Shown here: positions 22,937 through 34,463 of the stretch, one piece after another | Layout: every line of letters starts with the position of its first letter | Numbering within the stretch: position 1 is the stretch's first letter | Origin: Gammaproteobacteria bacterium | Lineage (GTDB): Bacteria; Pseudomonadota; Gammaproteobacteria; UBA4575 | Length of the DNA: 64,000 nucleotides | NCBI GenBank assembly: GCA_965243395.1 | Contig: CBDEUS010000001.1 | Span: 1,152,001-1,216,000, forward strand | Direction of reading: 5' to 3' | Position numbers and translations under genes: made by a program | The notes under the pieces: model-generated | The model's input: only the letters and a program-made list of their open reading frames with translations | What the model was told of the DNA's origin: nothing | Databases searched by the model: none

Positions 22937-23554
22937 TTATGAACGAGATTCATGTACAAATTCTGCCAATTTATCGCTTCCAGCGCGAACCGATTGTCCT
23001 GGCTTTATGGCTATATGGGCAGAAGTAGGTAAGTAAATCACCAAATTACAGGCAAACGCCATAAATCCACAACGCTGTCCCTGACCGAGACGGCCTCCTG
23101 TGCTTACTGAACATGTAGCGTGACGAAAAATAGATTTTAGATTTGCAGCCACAACTGCATCATCTTTTTCATCTGTTTGTATATGTATAGCAAGTTGTTC
23201 ATAAGTAGGCTCTGTAGGCGAGATGACCCATAAGTTTTGCACATTACCTTCAATTGGGCTGTGTACATTAAACTCACCAAGAGTCGCTTGTCGTAAATGT
23301 ATACATTTCGCTACACGCTGCATGTAGGGATCATAAGCTTCTTCGATATGCGTTACTTTTCCGTCAACCGGACTCACGATAGCTAAAGGTTTGGAAGGAA
23401 CTTTGCGACTGAAGTCGCGAAAGATAAATAGAAGCAAAAAATAAACAACCCAAATAAACCAAATGGATTGCAGTCCTAATTTATAGTGCGTATAGATTAA
23501 GATCACACCAATTGCAATTAAAACTATCCGAACCTCTCGTGCAATTGGAATCAT
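22937..23554 (-). CDS. psd: Phosphatidylserine decarboxylase-like protein lacking the Gly-Ser autocleavage site
   Basis: FRD...VSPVDGKV, GQRCG, IYLP, GQSVRAG scaffold and psd-pssA synteny; FGS is replaced by FAC. Confidence 0.75.
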   Translation of the reverse strand: MIPIAREVRIVLIAIGVILIYTHYKLGLQSIWFIWVVYFLLLFIFRDFSRKVPSKPLAIVSPVDGKVTHIEEAYDPYMQRVAKCIHLRQATLGEFNVHSPIEGNVQNLWVISPTEPTYEQLAIHIQTDEKDDAVVAANLKSIFRHATCSVSTGGRLGQGQRCGFMAFACNLVIYLPTSAHIAIKPGQSVRAGSDKLAEFVHESRS

Positions 23555-23595
23555 GATAGATTTATGACATTAACTCGTCATAAGAAAATTAAGTA

Positions 23596-24624
<1,029 letters not shown>

Positions 24625-24649
24625 TTAAAAAGTCTTAAGTATCTATTTA

Positions 24650-25150
24650 TTACATAGACTCTAATTTTAATACTTGTTTACCCGTTGCTATTCCAAGTGC
24701 ACCCGAACGCACTAGTTCTAGAATTGCATTCGAGGGTACTAATTTTATTGCGCGGTCAAGTTTTTCAGCCACTCCTGTGATTTCAACTACGACCGCACCA
24801 TCCGTTTCGTTTACGACTCTGCCTTTATATTCACCCGTTAACTGCTCAAGTACATCCTCAATTGATTTATCATCCTGTAGCTTTAAAAGCAGTACTTCTC
24901 TTTCAATATGCTCATCAGATGTCAGGTTTAGCACTTTAACAACATCTACAAGCTTATTTAGCTGATTTAGAATTTGTGCTATTACCTCGTCACTACCCCC
25001 TGTGACCACAGTTATACGAGAAACTGTAGAATCATCTGTTGGGGCAACCGTTAATGATTCAATATTGTACCCACGTGCTGAAAACAATCCTGAAACGCGT
25101 GATAGTGCTCCAGCTTCGTTCTCTAACAAAATTGAAATAATATGTCTCAT
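24650..25150 (-). CDS. ilvH: Acetolactate synthase small (regulatory) subunit
   Basis: MRHIISILLENEAGALSRVSGLFSARGYNIESL ACT domain. Confidence 0.95.
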   Translation of the reverse strand: MRHIISILLENEAGALSRVSGLFSARGYNIESLTVAPTDDSTVSRITVVTGGSDEVIAQILNQLNKLVDVVKVLNLTSDEHIEREVLLLKLQDDKSIEDVLEQLTGEYKGRVVNETDGAVVVEITGVAEKLDRAIKLVPSNAILELVRSGALGIATGKQVLKLESM

Positions 25151-25184
25151 TAATCAATATAATTTTGCATTTATGTCAATACAG

Positions 25185-25221
25185 AAAAAAATGTTCTAGC
25201 CAAATGACTAGAACATTTTTT
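25185..25221. terminator. Intrinsic terminator after tusA
   Basis: AAAAAAATGTTCTAG-N8-CTAGAACATTTTTT. Confidence 0.65.
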
Positions 25222-25290
25222 AATAACGAAGCGAGTAACTAAGACTGTTTAAGTCGTGACAAAGAACGCCACTAATACATTATTATTTTA

Positions 25291-25521
25291 TTACTTCTTC
25301 TTAATAAGAAAATAAAACTTGCCGTCATCTTCATTTGAATCAAGCAGTTCATTTCCTGTTTGATTTGAAAACGCTTCAAAATCTTTTACTGAGCCAGGAT
25401 CAGTAGCAATAATATGTAACACTTTGCCTGAATCCATTCCAGATAATGCTTTCTTAGCTCTTAATATTGGCAGCGGACAATTTAATCCACATGCATCTAA
25501 TTCTTGATCAAACTCAGCCAT
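25291..25521 (-). CDS. tusA: TusA/SirA-family sulfur carrier
   Basis: LDACGLNCPLP motif, ATDPGSVKDF. Confidence 0.88.
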   Translation of the reverse strand: MAEFDQELDACGLNCPLPILRAKKALSGMDSGKVLHIIATDPGSVKDFEAFSNQTGNELLDSNEDDGKFYFLIKKK

Positions 25522-25699
25522 CAACAAATACTCCTTGAAAATTCGTATGCAATATTAGCTTATGAGCGTCTAAGCCCAAAGCCAGAATAAAATATTATAA
25601 TATCATAATATTTTAATATATGGGAGATTAACGTGAATACAACCATACAATAAATACGGTATCTATATAAGCAAGTTTTAAGTGTAATGAACCGCTACA

Positions 25700-27211
25700 A
25701 TGATGCAAACGATTTGCTTCCAAGCCAGTCTTATCTGTATGCATAACAATAAAACCTCGACATTCAGAGTGATACCCCGATCTATTGGCTATAGCCTGAT
25801 CAGCTTGATACTTGTAATAAGCTCGAACATATCAATTGCCGAAGATAATCTGCCGGATATAGGTGGTGCAGCTAATGCTGCTTTAAGCATTTCAAAAGAA
25901 ATCGAGCTGGGGCAAATATTAATTGCTGAATTGCGTGGGCAATTACCAATCTCCAATGATCCAGAGTTGAGTCAATATGTTCACTCACTCGGTACTCGAA
26001 TTACTTCAGCAGGAGTCAATACAAATTTCCCCTTTACTTTTATATTAGTTAAAAACCCCGATATTAATGCTTTTGCGCTACCAGGCGGAATTGTTGCCAT
26101 CAATACAGGTTTATTAACATTGGGCGAACAAGAAAGTGAAGTTGCGAGTGTATTTGCTCATGAAATCGCACATATAACCCAACGTCATATCGCTCGTAAC
26201 TTTGCGAACGCAAAATCATTTAGCGTAATTTCTGCTCTCACTCTATTGGGTTCTATATTAGCCGCGGCCTATGGAGGCGGTGAACTTGGACAGGCAGCTA
26301 TTATTACTACACAATCTGGCTTACAAGAAAGACAGCTGGCTTATTCAAGAAGCTTTGAACAAGAAGCTGATCGAATTGGGATGCAATTTTTAGTTAGTGC
26401 CAATATTGATCCGCAAGGCATGCCTCTATTTTTTGAACGATTAAACAAACATTCTCAACTAAATCGAGGGCGAATCCCTGAATTTTTAAGTTCTCACCCT
26501 CTAACGACTAATCGCATCAGCGAATCTAAATTACGCGCGAATCAATACCAAGGCTCGTTTACTTCTAATACTATTCATTTTGATTACGCCAAAGCACGTA
26601 CAATTGCATTTACTACCAAACCACGACAATTAGTGGATCACTTTCAGAAAAAATCTAAGTCTGAAAATATAACCGATACTGAAATTTATACTTATGCTCT
26701 TGCACTCAGCCGTACAGGCAAAAATCAACAGGGTCTCCAGCAATTAAAACGCATCACATTAAATGCTGATAATGAGTTAACTATTAAACTTGCAAATGCA
26801 CAAATTCTTACCGTTGACGGTCAGTATGCTAAGGCTGAAGAATTATTAAAAAAATTGGAACAAATATATCCTTCTAACTCCTCAGTTATTTATTATCTTG
26901 CTGCTGCATTAATCGAAAACGGAAAAGCTCAATTAGCTTTACAAAAACTTGATCAACTAGACAATGTTGAACCTAAAAATCCTGCATTTGATAAATTAAA
27001 AGCCAAAGCTGCAAGCAAAGCGAATCAGCCATGGCGAAGTCATGAATCATTGAGTGATTACTATGCTGCACATGGACAATATGGAACCGCAATGGAACAT
27101 ATACAACTGTCATTACGTGCCCCAGGAATTGATGCCAGCTCTAGAGCAAGAGTAGAAGCTAAAAAGAATCAATTGCGTGAAGCACGCAAAAGACGCGACA
27201 ATTTTAAATAA
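25700..27211 (+). CDS. bepA: M48 metalloprotease with TPR domain (BepA/YfgC)
   Basis: INAFALPGG, HEIAH, FEQEADRIG, PEFLSSHP, C-terminal TPR repeats; start uncertain. Confidence 0.85.
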   Translation: MMQTICFQASLICMHNNKTSTFRVIPRSIGYSLISLILVISSNISIAEDNLPDIGGAANAALSISKEIELGQILIAELRGQLPISNDPELSQYVHSLGTRITSAGVNTNFPFTFILVKNPDINAFALPGGIVAINTGLLTLGEQESEVASVFAHEIAHITQRHIARNFANAKSFSVISALTLLGSILAAAYGGGELGQAAIITTQSGLQERQLAYSRSFEQEADRIGMQFLVSANIDPQGMPLFFERLNKHSQLNRGRIPEFLSSHPLTTNRISESKLRANQYQGSFTSNTIHFDYAKARTIAFTTKPRQLVDHFQKKSKSENITDTEIYTYALALSRTGKNQQGLQQLKRITLNADNELTIKLANAQILTVDGQYAKAEELLKKLEQIYPSNSSVIYYLAAALIENGKAQLALQKLDQLDNVEPKNPAFDKLKAKAASKANQPWRSHESLSDYYAAHGQYGTAMEHIQLSLRAPGIDASSRARVEAKKNQLREARKRRDNFK

Positions 27212-27216
27212 CTTTT

Positions 27217-27810
27217 TTAGAAGTAAGTCTTTGCAGTCTGGAGGCTATTCAGCAATTCATGATGTTGCTGCTGCAACTGGCTGCCAAGTGTGGACATTTG
27301 CTCTGTTATATTATCTTTTTCTGCAACTTCACTAGATGTCGCAGTAGTCGTTTTCACTTTACAATGCAGGTATTGGTATTTTTTTAATAAATAATTATTG
27401 TATAAAATACCATCAAGGAATGCTTTGCATTCGGTATAAAAACTACGAATTGCAATTCGCTCTTCTTGTGTAGGCAGCTTGTTGATTTCTGAAGTATCGC
27501 TTTGAAATTTATTAAAGACTTCTTCTGCACCACTCCAAAAAATAAATAAACCATTCTCGGCTTGACTCATCTCAAGCTTAGTAGAAATATCATTGCGGTA
27601 AGAGTTTAGGAATGTCGTAATATCCTGCTTATATTGTTCGCGTAGTGTTTGTATGCGCTTTAATTCTTCTCTATTTTTACGAACACGTTGTAAATTAACA
27701 TGAAATTTTTGCCAAACTTTCATTCCCCAAAGTACTAACAATAAAAATACAATGGCTACTAGTCCTGTTTTTAGATTTACAACAGATATGATCGAGTCGA
27801 CTGCATTCAT
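27217..27810 (-). CDS. Hypothetical protein with an N-terminal TM helix
   Basis: 197 aa ORF with GGAG upstream; no family recognised. Confidence 0.65.
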   Translation of the reverse strand: MNAVDSIISVVNLKTGLVAIVFLLLVLWGMKVWQKFHVNLQRVRKNREELKRIQTLREQYKQDITTFLNSYRNDISTKLEMSQAENGLFIFWSGAEEVFNKFQSDTSEINKLPTQEERIAIRSFYTECKAFLDGILYNNYLLKKYQYLHCKVKTTTATSSEVAEKDNITEQMSTLGSQLQQQHHELLNSLQTAKTYF

Positions 27811-27959
27811 GACTCTTTTTACTCTCCAACTCCAATGGAAACAGTATTAATAACAAAAAAACAAATTGTTATTTACAGTTAATGCTGAACGGTCTATAAA
27901 TGACGATGAACGCGCTGATAAAACCAATACCCTTTTATAACATGCTGATTTATAAATAT

Positions 27960-29897
27960 TTAACGATTCATCCGATTATCAATAATATCATTGACTACGG
28001 ATGGATCTGCAAGGGTTGAAGTATCCCCAAGATTTTCAATTTCATTTTCAGCTACCTTGCGCAGAATTCTACGCATAATTTTTCCTGATCGTGTTTTTGG
28101 CAAACCTGGCGCCCACTGAATGATGTCGGGATTAGCAAAGGGTCCAATTTCTTTGCGAACGAGTTGTATTAATTCTTCTTTTAAATCATCTGAAGTTTCT
28201 ACACCAGCCATAGGTGTAACATAAGCATAAATACCCTGCCCTTTAATATCATGCGGATAACCGACTACTGCTGCTTCTGCAACTTTTGCATGTAACACCA
28301 GGGAGCTTTCCACTTCTGCTGTTCCTAACCGGTGTCCTGAAATATTTAATACATCATCTACACGACCTGTAATCCAGTAATAACCATCCGCATCACGTTT
28401 GCAGCCATCACCGCTAAAGTATTTACCTGGATATTGTGAAAAATAAGTATCAATAAAACGTTGATGATCACCATATACCGAACGCATTTGTCCTGGCCAG
28501 GGATGCTTCATAACTAAATTACCCTGACACTCGCCTTCGAGCTCATTTCCGTTTTCATCAACTATGGCAGGTTGAATACCAAAAAAGGGCTTACTGGCTG
28601 ATCCGGGTTTTAAATCAGTTGCACCTGGCAAGGGAGTTATCATGTGTCCACCCGTTTCCGTTTGCCACCAAGTATCAACAATTGGGCAACGTGAATCTCC
28701 TACTACATGGTAGTACCACTCCCAAGCTTCAGGATTAATTGGTTCACCTACGGTTCCCAACAAACGTAAACTTTTACGACTGGTTTTAGCAACGACGTCA
28801 TCACCCAAACTCATGAGTGCGCGTATTGCAGTGGGTGCGGTATAGAAGCTTGCTACATTATGTTTATCGCAAACTTGCCAAAAACGACTTCCGTCAGGAT
28901 AGTTAGGAACACCTTCAAACATCATGGTGATAGCACCATTACATAATGGTCCATACACTATATATGTATGTCCGGTGACCCAACCTACATCTGCTGTACA
29001 CCAATATACTTCACCATCATGATAATCAAATACAAATTTATGCGTGATGGCAGCATATAAAAGATAACCTCCCGTTGTATGCAAGACTCCTTTAGGTTTT
29101 CCGGTAGAACCTGATGTATACAAGATAAACATCGGATCTTCTGCGTCCATATGCTCAGGTTCACATTCTGTACTTATGTTGCTAATTAATTCGTGATACC
29201 AACAATCACGTGAGTCATGCCAGTCGATTTCACCACCAGTACGCTTTACAACAAGAACCGTTTTAACGTTTGGACATTCTTCTAGTGCCTTATCGGTATT
29301 TGCTTTAAGTGGTACTTTCTTTCCACCACGTACACCTTCATCAGCAGTGATTACGGTCTGACAATCCGAATCTAAAATTCGATCGCGCAAAGAATCAGGC
29401 GAAAATCCTCCAAATACAACAGAGTGCACTGCGCCGATACGTGTACATGCCAACATTGCATAAGCCGCTTCCGGAATCATTGGCATATAAATGCATACTC
29501 GATCGCCCTTTTTAACACCACGTGCTTTTAAAGCATTAGATAATTTGCAGACCTCTTCATGGAGTTGCTTATAAGTAATATGTTTATCATCTTTAGAATC
29601 ATCCCCTTCCCAAATAATCGCGGTTTGATCACCGCGTTTTTCCAAATGACGATCAATACAATTATAAGAAACGTTTAAACTCGCGCCCTCAAACCAACGT
29701 ATATGACCTTTGTGATAATCCCAATCTAAAACGTTGTCCCATTTTTTATACCAGCTTACAAATTCATTCGCTTGCTTTGCCCAAAATCCATCTGGGTCCT
29801 GTATCGATTCTTGATACATAGACTCATATTTTTCATTATCTATATGCGCAGTAGATGCTATTGAACTTGGAACTGGATAGATTTTATTGTCAGACAT
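27960..29897 (-). CDS. acs: Acetate--CoA ligase
   Basis: [32 protein letters not shown]. Confidence 0.97.
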   Translation of the reverse strand: MSDNKIYPVPSSIASTAHIDNEKYESMYQESIQDPDGFWAKQANEFVSWYKKWDNVLDWDYHKGHIRWFEGASLNVSYNCIDRHLEKRGDQTAIIWEGDDSKDDKHITYKQLHEEVCKLSNALKARGVKKGDRVCIYMPMIPEAAYAMLACTRIGAVHSVVFGGFSPDSLRDRILDSDCQTVITADEGVRGGKKVPLKANTDKALEECPNVKTVLVVKRTGGEIDWHDSRDCWYHELISNISTECEPEHMDAEDPMFILYTSGSTGKPKGVLHTTGGYLLYAAITHKFVFDYHDGEVYWCTADVGWVTGHTYIVYGPLCNGAITMMFEGVPNYPDGSRFWQVCDKHNVASFYTAPTAIRALMSLGDDVVAKTSRKSLRLLGTVGEPINPEAWEWYYHVVGDSRCPIVDTWWQTETGGHMITPLPGATDLKPGSASKPFFGIQPAIVDENGNELEGECQGNLVMKHPWPGQMRSVYGDHQRFIDTYFSQYPGKYFSGDGCKRDADGYYWITGRVDDVLNISGHRLGTAEVESSLVLHAKVAEAAVVGYPHDIKGQGIYAYVTPMAGVETSDDLKEELIQLVRKEIGPFANPDIIQWAPGLPKTRSGKIMRRILRKVAENEIENLGDTSTLADPSVVNDIIDNRMNR

Positions 29898-29936
29898 TTT
29901 TATCCCTCCATTTTACTTATAGTTTTTTTATACATT

Positions 29937-32243
29937 TTATGCGGTTAATCTTAGATATAGCATGGGCAATCGCTCGGGTAAGCGATCAATATTATCAATT
30001 ACAGCTACATTTTTTCTTCCAAAGATTTTGTGTAGATAATTATCGCCTCCTGCATCTAAGCCGACACAAAATGTATCAATTCCTAATCGCGAATTAGATC
30101 GAACGACTTTACGAGCGTCTTCGACTAAATATTTTTTATCTTTAACATCAATATCAGATGGTTCACCATCAGAAATTACAAGCAACAATCTTCGATGTGT
30201 TCTTTGAAGCATTAAATCTCTTGCTGCATGACGCATTGCAGGACCCATACGAGTTGAAAGTTTTCCAGTTAATCCTGCTAAATACGCTCGTGCAGTTGAA
30301 TCATAGTCGGTGTTAAAATTTTTAATACGATAATAATGTACATCTTCCTTACCATCAGAACAAAATGCAGTAATAGCAAACGGATCCTTTAGTTCTGACA
30401 TAGCATAGGCTAATAAAGCAGTAGATTGAATTTCAAGTTCAAGTACGGATGATCCTGATTTAGGAATACGATCGTTGGTAGAATTTGAAATATCTAATAA
30501 AACCATAACCGAGAGATCACGATGTTTGCGTTCCGTAGTGCTATATATATGTGGATCAGGTATTTCCCCCATTCTTCGACTAATAATTGCATTAATACAA
30601 GCATCTAAATCTAAAGATTCGCCAATATTTTGATGATGCAAGCGTTCGGGCAAACTTACATTCGCTGATAGAATAAGATTTGTAATACGGTTAACTAAAT
30701 TCTGGTGGTTTTCTAATATTCGCTCGATTTTATATGCATCTCCAAAATCAGGAAAATACTCGACAACACATGTCCAGTTAGGTCGCTCTGTTCCTGTTAG
30801 ATAATCATATTCGGGGTAACGTACAGCAACTTCTGATTCACGTTGTTCTTGATCCGTACTTTCCCGTGCATGATATTGTTGTTCACTTTCTTCATCATTT
30901 TCCTCTCGTTCAGTGTCAGATTGTGAACTATCTTCCTTTTCTTCTTGTTCCATACGCATTGCTTCAATAAATATACCTTGATCATCTTCTTCTGTTCCTT
31001 GTTGATCACCAAAATCCCATAAACCCAAATTGTCATCACGATAAGGTGGTTCTACTACATACGTTTTTGCATTAAATTGTGCACGTAACTGCCCTAAATC
31101 ATTACCTAAAAGCACTCCAATTTTTCTGCACAAGGTTGGGTCTGACATATCATTCGATGGATCAAAAAACATATCCCGCCCCTTTTGTATCCAGCCATCA
31201 CCATCATGGTAATTTTCATCAATAAGTGCGCGTGCTAAGCGAGCGAGCAATAGAGGAACTAATTTAGGTCCATTTGATTTAGCAACATGAAACGGCAACC
31301 AAAGTTTATGTAAGCCTGGGAATACCTGCATAGCCAGATACTCAACTCTCGCATCTTCTAATAACGACACAAGTGCGACTTGTATAGGCTTAAGCTCACC
31401 TAATGGAAATCGCTTTGTTGAGTACACTAGATGCGCACCAACATGCGCAAGACCTGCACGAAATATATTTTCTGCCTGTTCGCCATGAAAGCCTGGAAAA
31501 ACTTCTGGCACTCTAACAACACCATTGGTAATTGATATTCTTCTTAATGAAAGCGGTGCAGTCGATGCAGGAAGATCACGAATGGGCGGGCGTAAATTCC
31601 ATAACGAAATTAAGTAAAGTTTCAGTCTCCGGTCTAAATCTGTATAAACTACGTCACCCGCCTCATGGCGAAACCATTTTTCTGATTCAGGATCCGTGAA
31701 TGAAAAATATTGAATTTGTCTTAATGTATCATCACCAGTTGAGCGTAAACCCGCTAATACCCATGATTTAAACTGGGTGGGTGTCAATGTAGTGACAATT
31801 TTCTGGGTGCGCTCTAAGACTGCTAAAACTGATTCGGGTGCTGATTGAATTAATTCTTCAATAGTATTAATCCATGCAATAAAAGAAGAGTAATTATGCA
31901 AATCATGTGCAGCAATGACTGCAGCTTTTGGCAGCAACTCAGCCGTTGCACGATTTACTTTAATTGCAGCCAGGGATACGGTTGCTGCTAGATTAATTGC
32001 AGCTTCTGAATTTAATAATTTTACTAATTTTGGCGAATGTCTTGCGTAGGAAAGAGGAATTAAAGATCCATAACCTGCTTGAGCAAGTTTATTGCATGAT
32101 TCTTTCCATAAAGGATAGTACTCTTTTGGGAAAAACGGCTTAGCTTTTTCAATTAAAAAAACTAATCGTTCATCTGGATCACCAGGTTCTTTATGTTGAG
32201 GTAAAACAGCATATTTACCCCGCGTAGTGGAGGCAGCAGCCAA
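29937..32243 (-). CDS. CbbO/NorD-type von Willebrand factor A adaptor
   Basis: 768 aa; RYPEYDY, acidic linker, C-terminal MIDAS (LDISNST, STRMGPAMRHA, SDGEP). Confidence 0.88.
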   Translation of the reverse strand: MAAASTTRGKYAVLPQHKEPGDPDERLVFLIEKAKPFFPKEYYPLWKESCNKLAQAGYGSLIPLSYARHSPKLVKLLNSEAAINLAATVSLAAIKVNRATAELLPKAAVIAAHDLHNYSSFIAWINTIEELIQSAPESVLAVLERTQKIVTTLTPTQFKSWVLAGLRSTGDDTLRQIQYFSFTDPESEKWFRHEAGDVVYTDLDRRLKLYLISLWNLRPPIRDLPASTAPLSLRRISITNGVVRVPEVFPGFHGEQAENIFRAGLAHVGAHLVYSTKRFPLGELKPIQVALVSLLEDARVEYLAMQVFPGLHKLWLPFHVAKSNGPKLVPLLLARLARALIDENYHDGDGWIQKGRDMFFDPSNDMSDPTLCRKIGVLLGNDLGQLRAQFNAKTYVVEPPYRDDNLGLWDFGDQQGTEEDDQGIFIEAMRMEQEEKEDSSQSDTEREENDEESEQQYHARESTDQEQRESEVAVRYPEYDYLTGTERPNWTCVVEYFPDFGDAYKIERILENHQNLVNRITNLILSANVSLPERLHHQNIGESLDLDACINAIISRRMGEIPDPHIYSTTERKHRDLSVMVLLDISNSTNDRIPKSGSSVLELEIQSTALLAYAMSELKDPFAITAFCSDGKEDVHYYRIKNFNTDYDSTARAYLAGLTGKLSTRMGPAMRHAARDLMLQRTHRRLLLVISDGEPSDIDVKDKKYLVEDARKVVRSNSRLGIDTFCVGLDAGGDNYLHKIFGRKNVAVIDNIDRLPERLPMLYLRLTA

Positions 32244-32251
32244 GACTCACC

Positions 32252-33049
32252 TCACGCACAAGCCTCAATGGCTGAACTCAGCGCATTGCGTATATCATGG
32301 TCATCTGTAATAGGTAATACTAATGCAACTTCACAAGCTTCTTCTAAAGACACTCCCTGTGATATAAGTTGCGCAGCATAAATTAGCATTCTAGTCGATG
32401 CTCCTTCATCTAAACCATGACCTTTCAAATTTCTAGAGCGATCTGATATTTGTACTAACTTCCTAGCTATATCAACATTGATTCCTGATTCATGTGCAAT
32501 AATTTTTGCCTCTTCATCTGCTTTAGGATAATTAAAATCAATCGCACCAAACCTTTGTTTTGTAGACTCTTTCAAATCTTTCAAGACACTTTGATATCCG
32601 GGGTTATAAGAAATCACAATTTGAAAATCTTGATTTGCTTTTACAACCTCATTTTTTTTCTCCAATGACAACATGCGACGGTCATCTGTTAATGAGTGTA
32701 TAACAACACTCGTATCCTGCCTTGCCTCAACAATCTCATCTAAATAACAAATTGCTCCGTATCGTACTGCAAGTGTTAGAGGGCCATCGTGCCAAACTGT
32801 TCCTTCAGCATCGAGGAGATAACGACCTACCAAGTCAGAGGCAGTCATGTCTTCATGACAAGAAACTGTGATAAGCGGTTTTTTTAACTTCCATGCCATA
32901 TATTCAACAAAGCGTGTTTTTCCGCAACCTGTTGGTCCTTTTAGCATCATTGGCATCCTAGTCGCGTAGGCTGCTTCAAACAATTGAATCTCATTATGGG
33001 TGGGAGAGTAATAAGGTTCTTCAGTAATGAAGTAACTATCGAGATTCAT
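32252..33049 (-). CDS. CbbQ/NirQ/NorQ-family (MoxR) AAA+ ATPase
   Basis: GPTGCGKTRFVEYMA, CYLDEIVEARQD, SYNPGYQ, DLKESTKQRF, GLDEGASTR. Confidence 0.93.
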   Translation of the reverse strand: MNLDSYFITEEPYYSPTHNEIQLFEAAYATRMPMMLKGPTGCGKTRFVEYMAWKLKKPLITVSCHEDMTASDLVGRYLLDAEGTVWHDGPLTLAVRYGAICYLDEIVEARQDTSVVIHSLTDDRRMLSLEKKNEVVKANQDFQIVISYNPGYQSVLKDLKESTKQRFGAIDFNYPKADEEAKIIAHESGINVDIARKLVQISDRSRNLKGHGLDEGASTRMLIYAAQLISQGVSLEEACEVALVLPITDDHDIRNALSSAIEACA

Positions 33050-33070
33050 TCTGCTTTCCTTAATTTACAG

Positions 33071-33106
33071 AAAAATAAGGCGAAGACACAAGCGTGCCCT
33101 CGCCTT
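33071..33106 (-). terminator. Stem-loop or leaky terminator between amiE and cbbQ-like gene
   Basis: Minus strand AAGGCGAGGGCAC-GCTT-GTGTCTTCGCCTT-ATTTTT. Confidence 0.6.
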
Positions 33107-33123
33107 GATTTAAAGTAACTGAA

Positions 33124-34158
33124 TTAACGATGAGTTTTAGGGTTAGGTATTCCTTCAATCTCACACTCTTCAGTACCAACAGTTGTGCGCGTAATAGACT
33201 CAACCATTTCGCGTGTTGCATCTGGATCTGTAATCCATTTTTTGTAAAAGTCATATGGACATTCTGCAACACCTTGATCACCTTCACCAGAGTTAATTTT
33301 ACCGGTGTAACCTCTATGAAGAAGTTTAAATAAGTGATTTTGTGATTGTTGATTTTTACGTGCATCCCGAATGAGTGAAGTCGACAAGTTTGCATACTGA
33401 ACGCCCATGTCTTCCTCTGCACAAGCACCAAGTGTGCGTCCATCGAATCCAATTATTGAAGAATAACCAAAATATGAATACACACCATCAAATCCTGTTG
33501 CATTTGCAACAGCAACATAACAGTTGTTCATCCATGCCATTGCTTTGGCTACCATAATTTGCTGATCTTTCGATGGATACATATAGCCTTGACAACGTAC
33601 GATTAACTCTGCACCTTTCATTGCACAATCACGCCATATTTCAGGATAGTTTCCGTCATCACAAATGATTAGACTTATCTTTAAGCCTTTAGGACCATCT
33701 GAAACATAAGTGCAATTACCAGGATACCAACCTTCAATAGGTACCCAAGGCATAATTTTGCGATACTTTTGCACGATCTCTCCTTGATCATTCATCAAAA
33801 TTAAAGTGTTGTATGGCGCTTTGTTTGGATGATCTTCATGGCGTTCGCCGGTCAATGAAAATACACCCCAAACTTTTGCATTACGACATGCTTCTGCAAA
33901 AATTTCAGTTTCTTCACCTGGACATGTTGATGCAGTTTCATACATCTCTTTCTCATCATACATAATTCCATGAGTGCTATATTCAGGAAAAATTACCAGA
34001 TCCATTCCAGGTAAACCTACTTTCATACCTTCAATCATGCTTGCAATATTGCGCGCATTATCGAGCACTTCGGCTTTAGTATGCAGTCTTGGCATTTTGT
34101 AATTTACAACTGCAACGCCGACGGCATCTTTACTACTTGATATATCACCGTGATACAT
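33124..34158 (-). CDS. amiE: Aliphatic amidase
   Basis: [23 protein letters not shown]; catalytic triad in [30 protein letters not shown]. Confidence 0.96.
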   Translation of the reverse strand: MYHGDISSSKDAVGVAVVNYKMPRLHTKAEVLDNARNIASMIEGMKVGLPGMDLVIFPEYSTHGIMYDEKEMYETASTCPGEETEIFAEACRNAKVWGVFSLTGERHEDHPNKAPYNTLILMNDQGEIVQKYRKIMPWVPIEGWYPGNCTYVSDGPKGLKISLIICDDGNYPEIWRDCAMKGAELIVRCQGYMYPSKDQQIMVAKAMAWMNNCYVAVANATGFDGVYSYFGYSSIIGFDGRTLGACAEEDMGVQYANLSTSLIRDARKNQQSQNHLFKLLHRGYTGKINSGEGDQGVAECPYDFYKKWITDPDATREMVESITRTTVGTEECEIEGIPNPKTHR

Positions 34159-34268
34159 ATTTCATCCTCCTCGTCAGTCATTACCTAAAAACTGACATTT
34201 TTATAAAAATTAATTTCAAACCAGTTTGAATCTTTACCAAAATAGGTAAATTTTTTACTCACACGCAC

Positions 34269-34344
34269 AAAAAAAGCCCTCTAGGGAAAATTCCTAGAGG
34301 GCTTTTTTGCCCAAAACTTTCTGCAGAAGCGTTATTGGTTCTGC
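34269..34344 (-). promoter_or_regulatory. ANTAR-type dual-hairpin antiterminator plus terminator in the amiE leader
   Basis: P1 GCAGAAC-C[AATAAC]G-CTTCTGC; P2 GGGC[AAAAAA]GCCC overlaps terminator AAAAAAGCCCTCTAGG...CCTAGAGGGCTTTTTTT. Confidence 0.85.
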
Positions 34345-34381
34345 TGAATAATTCAATTAATACTAGCGATGTGTTAAGTGC

Positions 34382-34410
34382 TTTTTAGACCAATTCTTAG
34401 CAAACGTCAA
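34382..34410 (-). promoter_or_regulatory. Candidate sigma70 promoter for the amiE leader
   Basis: TTGACG-N17-TAAAAA just upstream of the attenuator. Confidence 0.4.
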
Positions 34411-34463
34411 GAACTTCGTTAAATCCATTTAAAACGTATAGGTATAAAATTAACTTAAGTTCT

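Noticed and set aside
25151-25180. TTGACA upstream of ilvH as a leaderless promoter
   Set aside because: Only 23 nt separate it from the ATG, too short for spacer plus -10 plus discriminator.
29937-33049. Reading the cbbQ/VWA pair as evidence for carbon fixation or denitrification
   Set aside because: No cbbL/cbbM, norBC or nirS in the window; the context is amidase and acs.
33060-33452. 130-aa minus-strand ORF overlapping the amiE 3' end
   Set aside because: Alternative frame inside amiE that runs through the intergenic hairpin; no motifs, and amiE is intact, so no frameshift is needed.
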